DNA of 46,797 nt from Calditrichia bacterium (GCA_037381445.1 JARRQT010000021.1:13630-60426), one strand, 5' to 3'. Positions 17,267-27,001 are shown, counted from the stretch's first letter. Made by a program: numbers and translations. Notes: generated by a model not told the origin, from the sequence alone.

Positions 17267-18334
17267 CTAATCAATCCAATCCGCATAAAAAATATTGGTG
17301 TCTCCCTTTTTGGCATTAAATCTGTTGGAAGCAAAAACCAGATGTTTGCCATCACGCGTAAACATGGGAAACCCGTCAAAGGTATCATTATATGTAATGC
17401 GCTCCAATCCGGTTCCATCAATGCCGATCAGATAGAGATCAAAGTTGCGCCCATCTTTGCTGTCAATATTGGATGAAAAAACAATTCGTTTCCCGTCCGG
17501 ATGGAAAAAAGGGGCAAAAGAAGCTTTCCCGAAATGGGTCACCTGCTGGATATTACTCCCATCGGAATCCATCACATAGAGTTCCAGTGTCGTTGGCCGT
17601 ACCAGTCCGTTGTTTACCAGATCATTATAATCGGCAAGCTCATGTTCTGTCTTGGGGCGACTGGCGCGAAAGACTATTTTGGAGCCATCCCAGGAAAAAA
17701 AGGGTCCGCCGTCGTATCCTTTTTCATGGGTCAGCCGCTTCTGGTTACTGCCGTCAAGATCCATCACATAAATTTCGGGGTCCCCGTCACGCATGGAAGT
17801 GAAGACGATTTTGTTCTTCATGGGAGAAACGGTGGCCTCGGCATCATATCCGGGGGAATCGGTCAACTGCCTGCGAATCGTGCCGTCCAGTCCCGCCAGA
17901 AAGATATCATAGGAATCGTAGAGTTTCCAGACATAACCGTGGGATAAATCCGGAGGCGGCGGACAATTTTCTCCCGCCGGAAAAGTTGATGCATAGAGCA
18001 CAGTGGTATCTCCCGGCAAAAAATAGCCGCAGGTAGTCCGTCCCTTCCCATCAGATATCATTTTTTTGCCAGTCCCGTCCACATTCATCAGAAATTCCTG
18101 ATCGCATTCCAGCTCGCCGGATGTCGACTGAAAGATCAGTCGCTTTTCATCGAACGACAGGTAAGCTTCGGCATTTTCTCCGCCGGTTGTCAGCATCCGC
18201 AGATTTTTCAAATGTTTTTCACCAGGCAGAACATACGTTTTTTTAGCGCTGTCCCCGCCTGTAGAAGTGCAGCGCTGCATGAGTGAAACCGCAAAAATCG
18301 AAACCAAAATGACGGCCATATATTTTAATCGCAT
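17267..18334 (-). CDS. TolB-like PD40 beta-propeller exported/lipoprotein
   Basis: Signal peptide ending in Cys and repeated PD40 motifs (GYDAEATVSP, GYDGGPFFSWDG, APFFHPDG, FDGFPMFTRDG). Start taken at MRLKY. Confidence 0.85.
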   Translation of the reverse strand: MRLKYMAVILVSIFAVSLMQRCTSTGGDSAKKTYVLPGEKHLKNLRMLTTGGENAEAYLSFDEKRLIFQSTSGELECDQEFLMNVDGTGKKMISDGKGRTTCGYFLPGDTTVLYASTFPAGENCPPPPDLSHGYVWKLYDSYDIFLAGLDGTIRRQLTDSPGYDAEATVSPMKNKIVFTSMRDGDPEIYVMDLDGSNQKRLTHEKGYDGGPFFSWDGSKIVFRASRPKTEHELADYNDLVNNGLVRPTTLELYVMDSDGSNIQQVTHFGKASFAPFFHPDGKRIVFSSNIDSKDGRNFDLYLIGIDGTGLERITYNDTFDGFPMFTRDGKHLVFASNRFNAKKGDTNIFYADWID

Positions 18335-18620
18335 AAAGGACTCTCTTTTTTTAAATAAGGTCACACGCAAATATCAATTGGCCTGAAAATAGTGAAATAA
18401 AGTTTTTTATGATGAAATGTTACAATCGCCGGTCTTGACTTTCTTTTTCTTTGCAGATCCCAATTCTGGGCATATTACAATAATCTGTTCAGAGCCATTA
18501 CGCCCTATTATGCATTCGGGAAATTGCGAGTCATTGTCAGTAGTACTTTGCCAGAAGCTGATCTGCGCTGAAAAGCGATTTTACGGAGATATCTGAAGTT
18601 AGGGGAACGAAAAGAGCCAT

Positions 18621-18657
18621 AAAAAAACGGGAGCAGGGTGGGGAACCCTGACTCCCG
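18621..18657 (-). terminator. Intrinsic terminator downstream of the orphan ORF
   Basis: cgggagtcagggt-tcccc-accctgctcccg followed by T7 on the minus strand. Confidence 0.8.
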
Positions 18658-18732
18658 GGTGTGCGTTAGGCGAGGGGCAACGGTTTCCTTCCTAACAGCT
18701 TTGTGGTGTGAAACCTCCCGAAAAACATTTAT

Positions 18733-19038
18733 TTACTGAATAACCCAGACGGCTTCCTGGGTAAATTCCTTTCTGGAATAATAATCCAGACCGGTAATCG
18801 CAAGATTGCTTGACGCCTTGTAGGCATAAAATTCCATGCGAAGGGCTAAAGGTAATCTGATCTCAAGACTTCTTCCCGGCGGGATGATGTCATGAAGATC
18901 ACCCACCGTATTCTTGGCAAGCCAAATAACATGTTTAGACCTGTTGACAATTCGAATGCGGTAAAAGCCGGCCAGGCTTTTCTTGCGCATCCCTTTTTCC
19001 TCCAATTTTTGTAGCGGCTTCTTTAACAAATCAAACAT
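18733..19038 (-). CDS. Small hypothetical protein (101 aa, or 85 aa from the alternative ATG at 18990)
   Basis: Bracketed by a sigma54 promoter and a terminator. GGGAG RBS for 19038 and GGAGG RBS for 18990. Beta-strand-like pattern YRIRIVNRS..IIPPGRSLEI. Confidence 0.65.
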   Translation of the reverse strand: MFDLLKKPLQKLEEKGMRKKSLAGFYRIRIVNRSKHVIWLAKNTVGDLHDIIPPGRSLEIRLPLALRMEFYAYKASSNLAITGLDYYSRKEFTQEAVWVIQ

Positions 19039-19071
19039 TCTAAAACTTCTCCCTGACTTCCCCTATTTTAT

Positions 19072-19087
19072 TACAATCCGCGTGCCA
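19072..19087 (-). promoter_or_regulatory. Sigma54 (-24/-12) promoter
   Basis: TGGCACGCGGATTGTA versus consensus TGGCACG-N4-TTGCW, one mismatch (C to T at -12). Confidence 0.7.
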
Positions 19088-19161
19088 GAAAATGGATAAT
19101 GTTATTAAGTGCCATATTAACAGTTTGTTAAGCCTTATTATTTGCACCCCGGAATTTCGCG

Positions 19162-19183
19162 AATGTTTCAATGATGAAACATT
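19162..19183. promoter_or_regulatory. Putative enhancer (UAS) for a sigma54 activator
   Basis: Perfect palindrome AATGTTTCA-atga-TGAAACATT (TGT-N12-ACA) about 75-95 bp upstream of the -24 element. Confidence 0.6.
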
Positions 19184-19522
19184 TTGAAAAATCGACCGGG
19201 AAAAATTCCCCTTTTTTCCATGATAAAAAAAGCAGTCCTATGCCTCTCCCGTCCCCGCCAATGCAGAGGGCCTAAGATGAATAATATACTTTTCCTTCTG
19301 CATTTCAGCCGGTATTGCAGAATAGCGGGTAAGAATGATACGGATTAATGTGAAATGAGGAGAATGCAAAAGATGATTCCCAAAAGGAGCCATATTTTTC
19401 AAAATGAATGGAGCATTCAGCCCGGCGGGATGGATTTGCATTTCTCCAGTGAGCGCCCCCCCAGGGTGCCTCTTTCTATCGAACCTTTAATAGGAAATAA
19501 ATTATGCGGGATTTCTGATTAC

Positions 19523-19553
19523 AAAAAAGCCCCCGATTTTGATCGGGGGCTTT
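19523..19553 (-). terminator. Intrinsic terminator
   Basis: aaagcccccgat-tttg-atcgggggcttt with a U-tract on the minus strand, after the peptidase gene. Confidence 0.88.
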
Positions 19554-19569
19554 CCGTTTCACATAATCA

Positions 19570-21276
19570 TTACATGACAAACTGTTTGGCAAAGTATTTC
19601 GCGGTTAACTTCTCCCCGGTGGCCTTCTCAATCATATCATTCCAGTAATAAATTTTCCCGGGCTTGAACACATTGTTAATCAGGTACTGGCCCACCGCCT
19701 TCTGATTTGCAAAGCTCTCCTGACGAATGTCAGCAGAATGCAGCACATTTTCACTGATATAATAATAAAGCTGCGAAGCAAGCAGTTCGCCCATCAGATA
19801 GTTGTGATAATATGCAGGATACAGCGCCACATGAATTTTGGCCGCCCAATCCGGGAAATCGCGATTTTCCGGACGTTTGATCATCTGATATTTTTCCACC
19901 AGATCCCACCACAGTTTATTCAGATCCTGATCGGGATTCTCATACATATTTTTTTCGAACCGGTACATCACCTGCGCCCAGCGGCTGAAAACAAGCTGTT
20001 CCAGGCGTAGTGACTTTTCACATTCGCCGGCGATTTTTTGGGTCTCCTGTTCCGGAACACCAACCATATCGTGCAGCCAAGCAGGATTGGACGCAAAACG
20101 TCCGAATAGCATGGCGACCGCTTCAGTCGTAAAAGTATGCGCAGGTTCGCGAAGTAGCCAGGGGAGATTTTTATCACTGAATTTATCATAAACCGCATGC
20201 CCGTATTCGTGAAGCATGGTGTTCATCCATCCGGCGTTCGGTTTTACATTTCCGACCACCCGGACATCGCCCTCCTTGTCAATGTCGGTGCAGTAGGCAT
20301 GCTGATATTTCCCTTCCCGTTCATACAAATCACTGGCTTTTACCAGATCATCAATGGGCAGCCTGATGCCCGCATAGAACTGCTTGACAAGAGAAATAAT
20401 GTCTTTATCCTGATAATATTTGTCGAGATCCACATTATAGATTTTCGGCGCTTCCTGGAAAAAGCGGTTTTGGTAGTGCCAGGGCATTAATTGTTCTTTT
20501 TTAATGTGATATCGTTTTGCCAGGATCACATCCATCTCATCTTTCAACTTGGCAAAGGCATCCCGAGTCAGGTCATCAAGTTCATTAAACAGGGCTTCTA
20601 TGGTATCGGGGTCCTGTTCATTTAATTTCAGTTTCATAGCATGAAAATTGGAAAAACCCAATTCCCGGGCGGCAGCATTTCTCATCTCCACAAGTTCTTT
20701 GATATCATCCGCGACTTCCTGTCCCACCTGCTTGCTGGCCACCCAGGTATTTTCTAATTTCTGTGAATCCGTTTCGTTTTTCAGGATTTCTTCAATCTCG
20801 TTATCGGTGACTTTCTTCCCATTCAATTCCGCGCGGAAAGTGGAGAACTTTTTCTCGATCTCCGCCTGTTTATTAATCATTTTCTCCAACTGGGCCGGAT
20901 CGATCTGGTTATCCAGGTAGGCATTATACAAAACCTCCAGTTCCCGTTTTAATTGGAGATCAATTATGGAATTGGACGCTTTAAATTTTTTGAGCTTCGC
21001 AAAATCTTCCCTGTTCGAATTAATCTTACTCAGCTCAACCTGCAGGTCCGCGTATTTCTGATAAAGTTCTTCTTTCCCGCTGGTGGTCGCCTCAAAATAG
21101 GCCAGATTGAGTTCTTTCGACAGCGGGACAACTTTTTTCTCATAATTGCTCACAAAATCTTTAAAATCGCTGGTCATGTCCTGCCCTCCTGATTTCCCGC
21201 AGCTCATTTGAAATGCAAAGGTTGAGATCACAAAAAACAAAGAAATCTTCAATGCCTTTCTTTTAACAAAGTTCAT
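19570..21276 (-). CDS. M2/M3-family (gluzincin) metallopeptidase, predicted lipoprotein
   Basis: HEYGH zinc motif, downstream TEAVA, WAAKIH..YYHNY. Signal peptide ending QMSC. Confidence 0.85.
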   Translation of the reverse strand: MNFVKRKALKISLFFVISTFAFQMSCGKSGGQDMTSDFKDFVSNYEKKVVPLSKELNLAYFEATTSGKEELYQKYADLQVELSKINSNREDFAKLKKFKASNSIIDLQLKRELEVLYNAYLDNQIDPAQLEKMINKQAEIEKKFSTFRAELNGKKVTDNEIEEILKNETDSQKLENTWVASKQVGQEVADDIKELVEMRNAAARELGFSNFHAMKLKLNEQDPDTIEALFNELDDLTRDAFAKLKDEMDVILAKRYHIKKEQLMPWHYQNRFFQEAPKIYNVDLDKYYQDKDIISLVKQFYAGIRLPIDDLVKASDLYEREGKYQHAYCTDIDKEGDVRVVGNVKPNAGWMNTMLHEYGHAVYDKFSDKNLPWLLREPAHTFTTEAVAMLFGRFASNPAWLHDMVGVPEQETQKIAGECEKSLRLEQLVFSRWAQVMYRFEKNMYENPDQDLNKLWWDLVEKYQMIKRPENRDFPDWAAKIHVALYPAYYHNYLMGELLASQLYYYISENVLHSADIRQESFANQKAVGQYLINNVFKPGKIYYWNDMIEKATGEKLTAKYFAKQFVM

Positions 21277-21588
21277 TTTCCATTCCTCCTCTAAAATGTT
21301 TCAAGTATTGGCTTCCATGAAGTCCGGCCTAATTGGTATTCCATCGCTCTTTAGAAACGGAAGATAATTTACCAAAAATATTTTCCAAATAATATCCTCT
21401 AAAAAATTATGTCAAAATCATTAAATATTGCCAAAAATTTTATTTATTTTTGTAGAGGAAATTTTCATATTTCAAATGGCTGGCGATTATTTGCTGATAT
21501 AAGCGGTAAACTTTCTTTCCGGCAACTGGTATCAAATGAGTAATTCATCTGAATTTCTAAAAATCTTATTTAACAACGGAGCGGATCA

Positions 21589-22278
21589 ATGGGCGACAAA
21601 GACCTTTATAAGCAGCAGGCGGCAGAAAAGGCCGTGGAATATGTTGAAGACGGCATGGTCATCGGTTTGGGGACGGGAAGTACCACACAGTTTGCCCTGG
21701 AACAGATCGGCGGATTGATAAAAGACGGAAGACTTAAGAATGTCGTCGGCATTCCCAGCTCCATCCACACTGCCCGCGAAGCGAGACGTCTGGGAATCCC
21801 TTTGACCAGCCTGCAGGAAAAACCTGTCATTGATTTGACCATCGACGGCGCGGACGAAGTGGATGAAAACCTCAATCTCATAAAAGGGGGAGGCGGCGCC
21901 CTGCTCCGCGAAAAGATCGTCGCCCAGGCCAGCCAGCGGGTTATTATTATTGTGGATGACAGCAAACTTTCACCCATACTGGGCACCAAACACCGCCTGC
22001 CGGTAGAAGTGCTGCCTTTCGCCTGGGTGCCGGAAATGAATTACCTGAAGTCCCTAAAAGCGCATGTTCTGCTGCGCACCCACGCTGACGGCAGCACTTT
22101 TGAGACCGACCAGTATAATTTTATCCTGGATTGCCAGTTCCGCGAAATTAAGGAAGTGAAGGCCCTGGCACAAAGGCTTGACAAGCGGGCGGGCATCATG
22201 TCCCACGGTCTGTTTGTGGGACTTGCATCCGATGTCATTTGCGCAGGTGAAAAGAGAATTCAGCACTTCAAAAGATAG
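21589..22278 (+). CDS. rpiA: Ribose-5-phosphate isomerase A
   Basis: GLGTGST, DGADEVD, IKGGGGALLREKIVA. Confidence 0.96.
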   Translation: MGDKDLYKQQAAEKAVEYVEDGMVIGLGTGSTTQFALEQIGGLIKDGRLKNVVGIPSSIHTAREARRLGIPLTSLQEKPVIDLTIDGADEVDENLNLIKGGGGALLREKIVAQASQRVIIIVDDSKLSPILGTKHRLPVEVLPFAWVPEMNYLKSLKAHVLLRTHADGSTFETDQYNFILDCQFREIKEVKALAQRLDKRAGIMSHGLFVGLASDVICAGEKRIQHFKR

Positions 22279-22432
22279 TCGCGGTTAAAGGAATGTTCTA
22301 TTTTATCTTTCAGAAATGTGCAATAAGAAATACTAACATCTTTCTATTTTTCTCACTGATTTAAAGGATTTTACGATTTATTAAAAATACCTGAAACCTG
22401 ATAGCTTTATGCCAGTAGAATTCTTGGCTTAC

Positions 22433-22452
22433 AATTGAGACCATTTCTCATT
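22433..22452. promoter_or_regulatory. Fur/PerR-like operator upstream of FNR
   Basis: AATTGAGA-ccatt-TCTCATT, matching the sod operator, about 20 nt before the ATG. Confidence 0.6.
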
Positions 22453-22470
22453 AAGGATTTGTAAAGGGAG

Positions 22471-23208
22471 ATGTTAAATATTTTGAAAGAATTGAAAAAT
22501 GAATTTTTGGATCATGTAGAAAATGACAACCATGATTCGGAATCAAAAATAATAGTTGTAAAAAATGTGTATTGGCATACGGATGAAATCTTTGAATTGC
22601 AGCTTTACCGGGAGGGATTGGAATTCAATCCGGGTGATTGTATCTCAATCTATGGGGAAGACGATGCCACCCTGCGCCCTTACAGTATTGCCTCGGGAAC
22701 CCATGAATCCGTTCTGCGGCTTTTGATCCGGAAGATGGATGACAGTGAAATGACCACATATCTTTCGAATCTGAAAAAGGGGGATAGAATCAGAGTCAGT
22801 CAGCCGTTCGGCTGGCTGCACCCGGGAATTCACAGAAATGAGGAAAAATTTGTCTTTGTTGCCACAGGGACCGGCATTTCGCCGTTCCTTTCATACATTA
22901 GAAGTCATCCCGAAAAACCGCCGCTTCAGTGTTTGTACGGCGTTCGCAGAACTGAGGATGCGGTTGGTTACGATGTATTAAGGGAGAACTGTCCGACCCT
23001 TCTGGCTGTATCCAAACATTCGGATCACGATTATCATTATGGCAGGATAACTCAATTGCTGCCGTCACTTCCGCTGGAGAAGGACATCCACTATTACCTT
23101 TGCGGCCTCGATGCCATGGTCTATGATGTCACTGAATGGCTGGAATCGCACGGCATCTCTCCGGAGAAGATACATCGGGAAGTGTTTTTTTATTCTTCTC
23201 AATCATAA
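22471..23208 (+). CDS. Ferredoxin/flavodoxin-NADP+ reductase-family FAD oxidoreductase
   Basis: RPYSIAS, VATGTGISPF, YGVR, YYLCG, near-terminal EVF. Confidence 0.85.
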   Translation: MLNILKELKNEFLDHVENDNHDSESKIIVVKNVYWHTDEIFELQLYREGLEFNPGDCISIYGEDDATLRPYSIASGTHESVLRLLIRKMDDSEMTTYLSNLKKGDRIRVSQPFGWLHPGIHRNEEKFVFVATGTGISPFLSYIRSHPEKPPLQCLYGVRRTEDAVGYDVLRENCPTLLAVSKHSDHDYHYGRITQLLPSLPLEKDIHYYLCGLDAMVYDVTEWLESHGISPEKIHREVFFYSSQS

Positions 23209-23295
23209 TTTCGCTTTCTTTTCTTTTAATCAGGTTGGGGTGGAAAAAATTATTCCGGTAAAACAAATTCAATTAATACGCTTCAGGAGGTATTA

Positions 23296-23778
23296 ATGGA
23301 ACAATCGATTTTGCCTGCTTTTCAGATCCTGAATCTGAACACCCACCTTTTTCTGAATGCACTGGATAAGGTCACGGATGAGATCCTGAAAATCCGGATC
23401 AGCGCGGGCATGAATAATATGGGATTTATCGCCTGCCACGTGCTGGACGGCCGGTTTTATCTGGCCGATTATACCGGAATCTCGTATACTCACCCGCTCA
23501 AAGGACTGTTTTCACAGATAAATAGTATTGATGAATTTGAAATCTTTCCGGCCTTAAAGGAACTCATCGGGTCCTGGAATGAGGTCTCTGCGAAACTCTC
23601 CAATGGTTTCGCTGCGCTGCCCGCTCAACTGCTGATTTCCAAATCTGATACAAAATTCCCCTCGGTTGACAACACCGTTTTAGGCGGAATTTCATTTCTC
23701 CTGCAGCACGAATCTTATCATATCGGTCAGCTTGCTCTGCTGCGGAAATATTTCGGTTTGCCAGCCATGAAGTATTGA
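23296..23778 (+). CDS. DinB/YfiT-family protein (putative thiol S-transferase)
   Basis: His triad ACHV ... QHESYHIGQL..LRK. AGGAGG RBS. Confidence 0.82.
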   Translation: MEQSILPAFQILNLNTHLFLNALDKVTDEILKIRISAGMNNMGFIACHVLDGRFYLADYTGISYTHPLKGLFSQINSIDEFEIFPALKELIGSWNEVSAKLSNGFAALPAQLLISKSDTKFPSVDNTVLGGISFLLQHESYHIGQLALLRKYFGLPAMKY

Positions 23779-23898
23779 TAAATACGGTTTACCTCCCAAA
23801 AAGAAAACCCGGTCATTGCCGGGTCCTCCTTTGCTCCGCAGAAGCATAAGGTTCTGCGCTGCGGACATCATTTCGATTCCGATGCATCGATTCAAAAA

Positions 23899-24252
23899 TT
23901 AATTTTCCGCCACTTCCCGCTGGCCACTGCGATTGACATTTTTTGCCACAAAATAATAGACCAGAAAACCGATTCCCGCAAACAGGAACATTCCGCCCAC
24001 GGTTACACCTTCGTTGATATCTTGTGGGAACATCTCCCCGATAAAAAGCGCCAGTCCAAGGCCGATCAGGACCAGTCCCCATTTTAAAGATGAAAGCTGA
24101 GCATGGCCGGTTCCGACCACCAGTTGCTTAATATTCTCATCAATTTCTCCCTTTTCGATCAGTCGTTGCCGCAACCGATTATCGGACAGCACTTTAATTA
24201 TCCAGCCAATAACCAGGAATAAAGTCACCGGAATTATGAAATCAAAACTCAT
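23899..24252 (-). CDS. Small 3-TM membrane protein (DUF6249-like), divergent from the ECF sigma factor
   Basis: TM, then RQRLIEKG, then SLKWGLVLIGLGLAL ... MFLFAGIGFLVYY. AAAGGAG RBS. Confidence 0.75.
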   Translation of the reverse strand: MSFDFIIPVTLFLVIGWIIKVLSDNRLRQRLIEKGEIDENIKQLVVGTGHAQLSSLKWGLVLIGLGLALFIGEMFPQDINEGVTVGGMFLFAGIGFLVYYFVAKNVNRSGQREVAEN

Positions 24253-24287
24253 CTAAAGTCTCCTTTCTAAATATTCTCTGCTATATC

Positions 24288-24360
24288 TGACAGACTTTTT
24301 CCTAAAATGTTGCAGCAGCAATTTATTTCTGTGCAACATTTTTCCGCATTCACCTGTCTA
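24288..24360. promoter_or_regulatory. Back-to-back ECF sigma promoters
   Basis: Plus strand TGCAAC-N17-TGTCTA (24332-24360). Minus strand TGCAAC-N16-TGTCA (24314-24288). Both begin TGCAACATTTT. Confidence 0.7.
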
Positions 24361-24385
24361 TTCAAATGAGACTGGTTAGAGAATT

Positions 24386-24952
24386 ATGGATGAAGAAAAA
24401 CGCCGGATCCGGCAAATTTTGGCGGGGGACACCCGTGAATTTCAACATTTGGTGGAAAACTACCAGAAGCTGGTGGCGCATATTGTTTTCCGCATGATCC
24501 CGAACGCTTCGGAAAGGGAAGATATATGCCAGGACATTTTTCTGAAGGTCTATCAGAACCTTTCCCATTTCCGTTTCGAATCCAAATTATCCACCTGGAT
24601 CGGAAGAATCGCGTATAATACCTGCATCAATGTCCTGGAGAAGAAAAAAGCAGTTCTTTTCGACGATTTTGCAGCCGACAACCAGAGCATTCTGGATTAT
24701 TCGATGCCGGAGAACTCTCCACTAAAATTGGCGGAAAAGGATGATCTCTCAGTCAGAATCCAGAAAGAAATCGAAAAAATACCGGTCCATTATAAGACGA
24801 TTTTAACACTTTATCATCTGGAAGAAATGAGCTATGCAGAGATCGGAGAAATTATGAACTTGCCTGAAGGTACTGTGAAAAGTTATCTTTTCCGGGCACG
24901 AAAACATTTAAGGGAAAGACTTTTGGCAAAATACCAGCCGGAGGAACTGTAA
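24386..24952 (+). CDS. ECF RNA polymerase sigma factor (SigW/RpoE-like)
   Basis: Region 2 EDICQDIFLK..SKLSTWIGRIAYN and region 4 MSYAEIGEIMNLPEGTVKSYLFRAR. Confidence 0.93.
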   Translation: MDEEKRRIRQILAGDTREFQHLVENYQKLVAHIVFRMIPNASEREDICQDIFLKVYQNLSHFRFESKLSTWIGRIAYNTCINVLEKKKAVLFDDFAADNQSILDYSMPENSPLKLAEKDDLSVRIQKEIEKIPVHYKTILTLYHLEEMSYAEIGEIMNLPEGTVKSYLFRARKHLRERLLAKYQPEEL

Positions 24953-25458
24953 TGAAATTTCATTTGCGGGAAAATGACATACAGCGCTATCTCGACGGCG
25001 AGACAGATCATTCCGAGAAACAAGGCATCGAAAAGCATTTACAGGAATGTACAGATTGCCGACAGCAGGTTGCAGAGTACCGGCTGATCTTCGGAGCGCT
25101 CAGGGAAGATCCCGGTTATGGGCTGACGCCCCAATTCTCTGAAAATCTGATGTCCCGCATCGAGCAGGAAAAGCAATCCGTCAGACTCTCCAAAGTGTGG
25201 CAGAACCTGGGTGCGCTGGGGGGAGTGATTCTTGGGATCATCGTCAGCCTGTATTACACCGGCCTGAAACCTTATGCTGCCTTCTGGGATAAATTAAATT
25301 CAATATTCTTCGCCGAGAATCCTTCGTTCAGGGAACTATATAATTTATTAGACACCGGCTTTCAATCCCATCCGGAGATTTTTGGTGGGGCCACCCTGGT
25401 CATACTGTTCATCATCTTGCTGGACCGTCTGTTTACGCCCGGGAACGGCGGTGTCTGA
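24952..25458 (+). CDS. Zinc-binding (ZAS/zf-HC2) membrane anti-sigma factor
   Basis: HLQECTDC motif, two TM segments, TAATG overlap with the sigma gene. Confidence 0.88.
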   Translation: MKFHLRENDIQRYLDGETDHSEKQGIEKHLQECTDCRQQVAEYRLIFGALREDPGYGLTPQFSENLMSRIEQEKQSVRLSKVWQNLGALGGVILGIIVSLYYTGLKPYAAFWDKLNSIFFAENPSFRELYNLLDTGFQSHPEIFGGATLVILFIILLDRLFTPGNGGV

Positions 25459-25530
25459 ACAAAAACGGTAGTATAAGCCTCATCCCAAAAACTTTCACTT
25501 CTCAGTATCAAATTATTTCGATATTTCATT

Positions 25531-25565
25531 AAAAAAGTGGCAGAAAGAAGCTATCTGCCACTTTT
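25531..25565. terminator. Bidirectional intrinsic terminator
   Basis: aaaagtggcaga ... tctgccactttt between convergent genes. Confidence 0.8.
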
Positions 25566-25600
25566 ATCTAAGTTGCTTTAATAAACACCCAATTCCGTCA

Positions 25601-26986
25601 TTACATGATAATTTTGCCGAACGGTTTCACCTGTTTGGTGATCTTCTTTCTATCACCCACAATTACAATAGTCATCTCATTATCGACAAAATATGTCTGC
25701 GCAATACGCTGCACATCTTCCGGCTTCACCTGATAGAGATTATTGACATAGTCATTCAGATAATTGGTATCCAGTCCATGCAGATCTATGAATGACAATT
25801 GTCCGATAATCCCGGTGGGCGCCGAGTTCCTGAGCACAAATGTGCCCGCCATATAATTTTGAATTCCGGTGAGTTCCTTCTGCGAAGGCGCTTCATTCTG
25901 CAGACCGTGAATTTCCTTGAATATTTCCTTGAGGGACGCGCCGGTGACATCGGTTCCCACATCTGCCACTTCCGCCCAGTAGGCGTTCCGGTAATGGGTA
26001 GAAATCGAACTGCGGGGAGAATAGGTATATCCCTTCTCCTCCCGTATATTGGCGGTGATACGTGAGGAGAACGCCCCGCCCAGAAGTGTGTTTGTGACCT
26101 GCAGGGGAATATAATCCGGGCTGGAGGGGTCGACAACCGGCACGCCCATGTAAATGGTCGATTGCGGCGCATCGGGCCGGTCGATGATATAGACCGCCCG
26201 TTTCGACTGCGGTTTGGGAATATCAATCAAGGGTTCGGGTCCTTTTTTCCAATTGTCGAAATTATCATGAATGGCATTCCCCATCGCCTCTTCATCAAAC
26301 TTGCCCACTACGTAGATATGGGTTCGCTGGGCACCAATATTTTGATCGTAGAAAGACTTTACCTGTTCAATCGTATATCCCTGAAGCATCTCTGCAGTTG
26401 GAAAAACATGGCCATAGGGATGATTTCCATACAGCACCTGGTTAAATTTCTCCATTGCCAGACTTTGCGGCCTGGTTTTGGCGATACTCAGATTGCGCAA
26501 AAAGTCTTTCCGCAGGCGTTCGAAGGCGGTTTCGGGAAATGAGGGATTCTGAATGACATCGGCCAGCAGCGCAATATACTTCGGCCCGAATTCATTGAGC
26601 ACCTCTCCCCCAACCCAGCTTTGATCCGAACCTGTCGATACGTCCACGGCACCGCCCATATTGGCGGCCTCCCGTGCAATATCCTCTGCGCTGCGCGAGG
26701 TGGTGCCTTCCTTCAATAAATCATCCGTCAGATCTGCGACCCATACCTCGTCGGCGGGCTCATTCAGATTCCCTGCGCGCAGGATGCAGCGAACGGTGAC
26801 CATTGGCAGCGTTCCGTAAGGGACCATTGTTACCTGCAGTCCATTATTAAGCGTAAAGGTTTTCTGGGCGGGCAGGACGAAATTTTTTGGCTGGCTGCCT
26901 TCGGGGGGCGTCTCTTTCTGTGAAAACAAAAGGCTGCTGAAGAAAATCAATGATAAAAATATGTGGAATACTTTGACGTTTTTCAT
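25601..26986 (-). CDS. M16B peptidase, non-catalytic subunit (exported)
   Basis: Pitrilysin-like fold lacking HxxEH, with the IREEKGYTY R/Y motif and a signal peptide. Confidence 0.87.
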   Translation of the reverse strand: MKNVKVFHIFLSLIFFSSLLFSQKETPPEGSQPKNFVLPAQKTFTLNNGLQVTMVPYGTLPMVTVRCILRAGNLNEPADEVWVADLTDDLLKEGTTSRSAEDIAREAANMGGAVDVSTGSDQSWVGGEVLNEFGPKYIALLADVIQNPSFPETAFERLRKDFLRNLSIAKTRPQSLAMEKFNQVLYGNHPYGHVFPTAEMLQGYTIEQVKSFYDQNIGAQRTHIYVVGKFDEEAMGNAIHDNFDNWKKGPEPLIDIPKPQSKRAVYIIDRPDAPQSTIYMGVPVVDPSSPDYIPLQVTNTLLGGAFSSRITANIREEKGYTYSPRSSISTHYRNAYWAEVADVGTDVTGASLKEIFKEIHGLQNEAPSQKELTGIQNYMAGTFVLRNSAPTGIIGQLSFIDLHGLDTNYLNDYVNNLYQVKPEDVQRIAQTYFVDNEMTIVIVGDRKKITKQVKPFGKIIM

Positions 26987-27001
26987 TGTATGGCTTCCTC
27001 C

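Noticed and set aside
19238..19648. Short ORFs of 67 and 97 aa between the orphan gene and the peptidase
   Set aside because: No convincing RBS, and one crosses a terminator and the peptidase 3' end
21481..21495. TGGCGATTATTTGCT upstream of rpiA as a sigma54 promoter
   Set aside because: GG-N9-GC spacing is wrong
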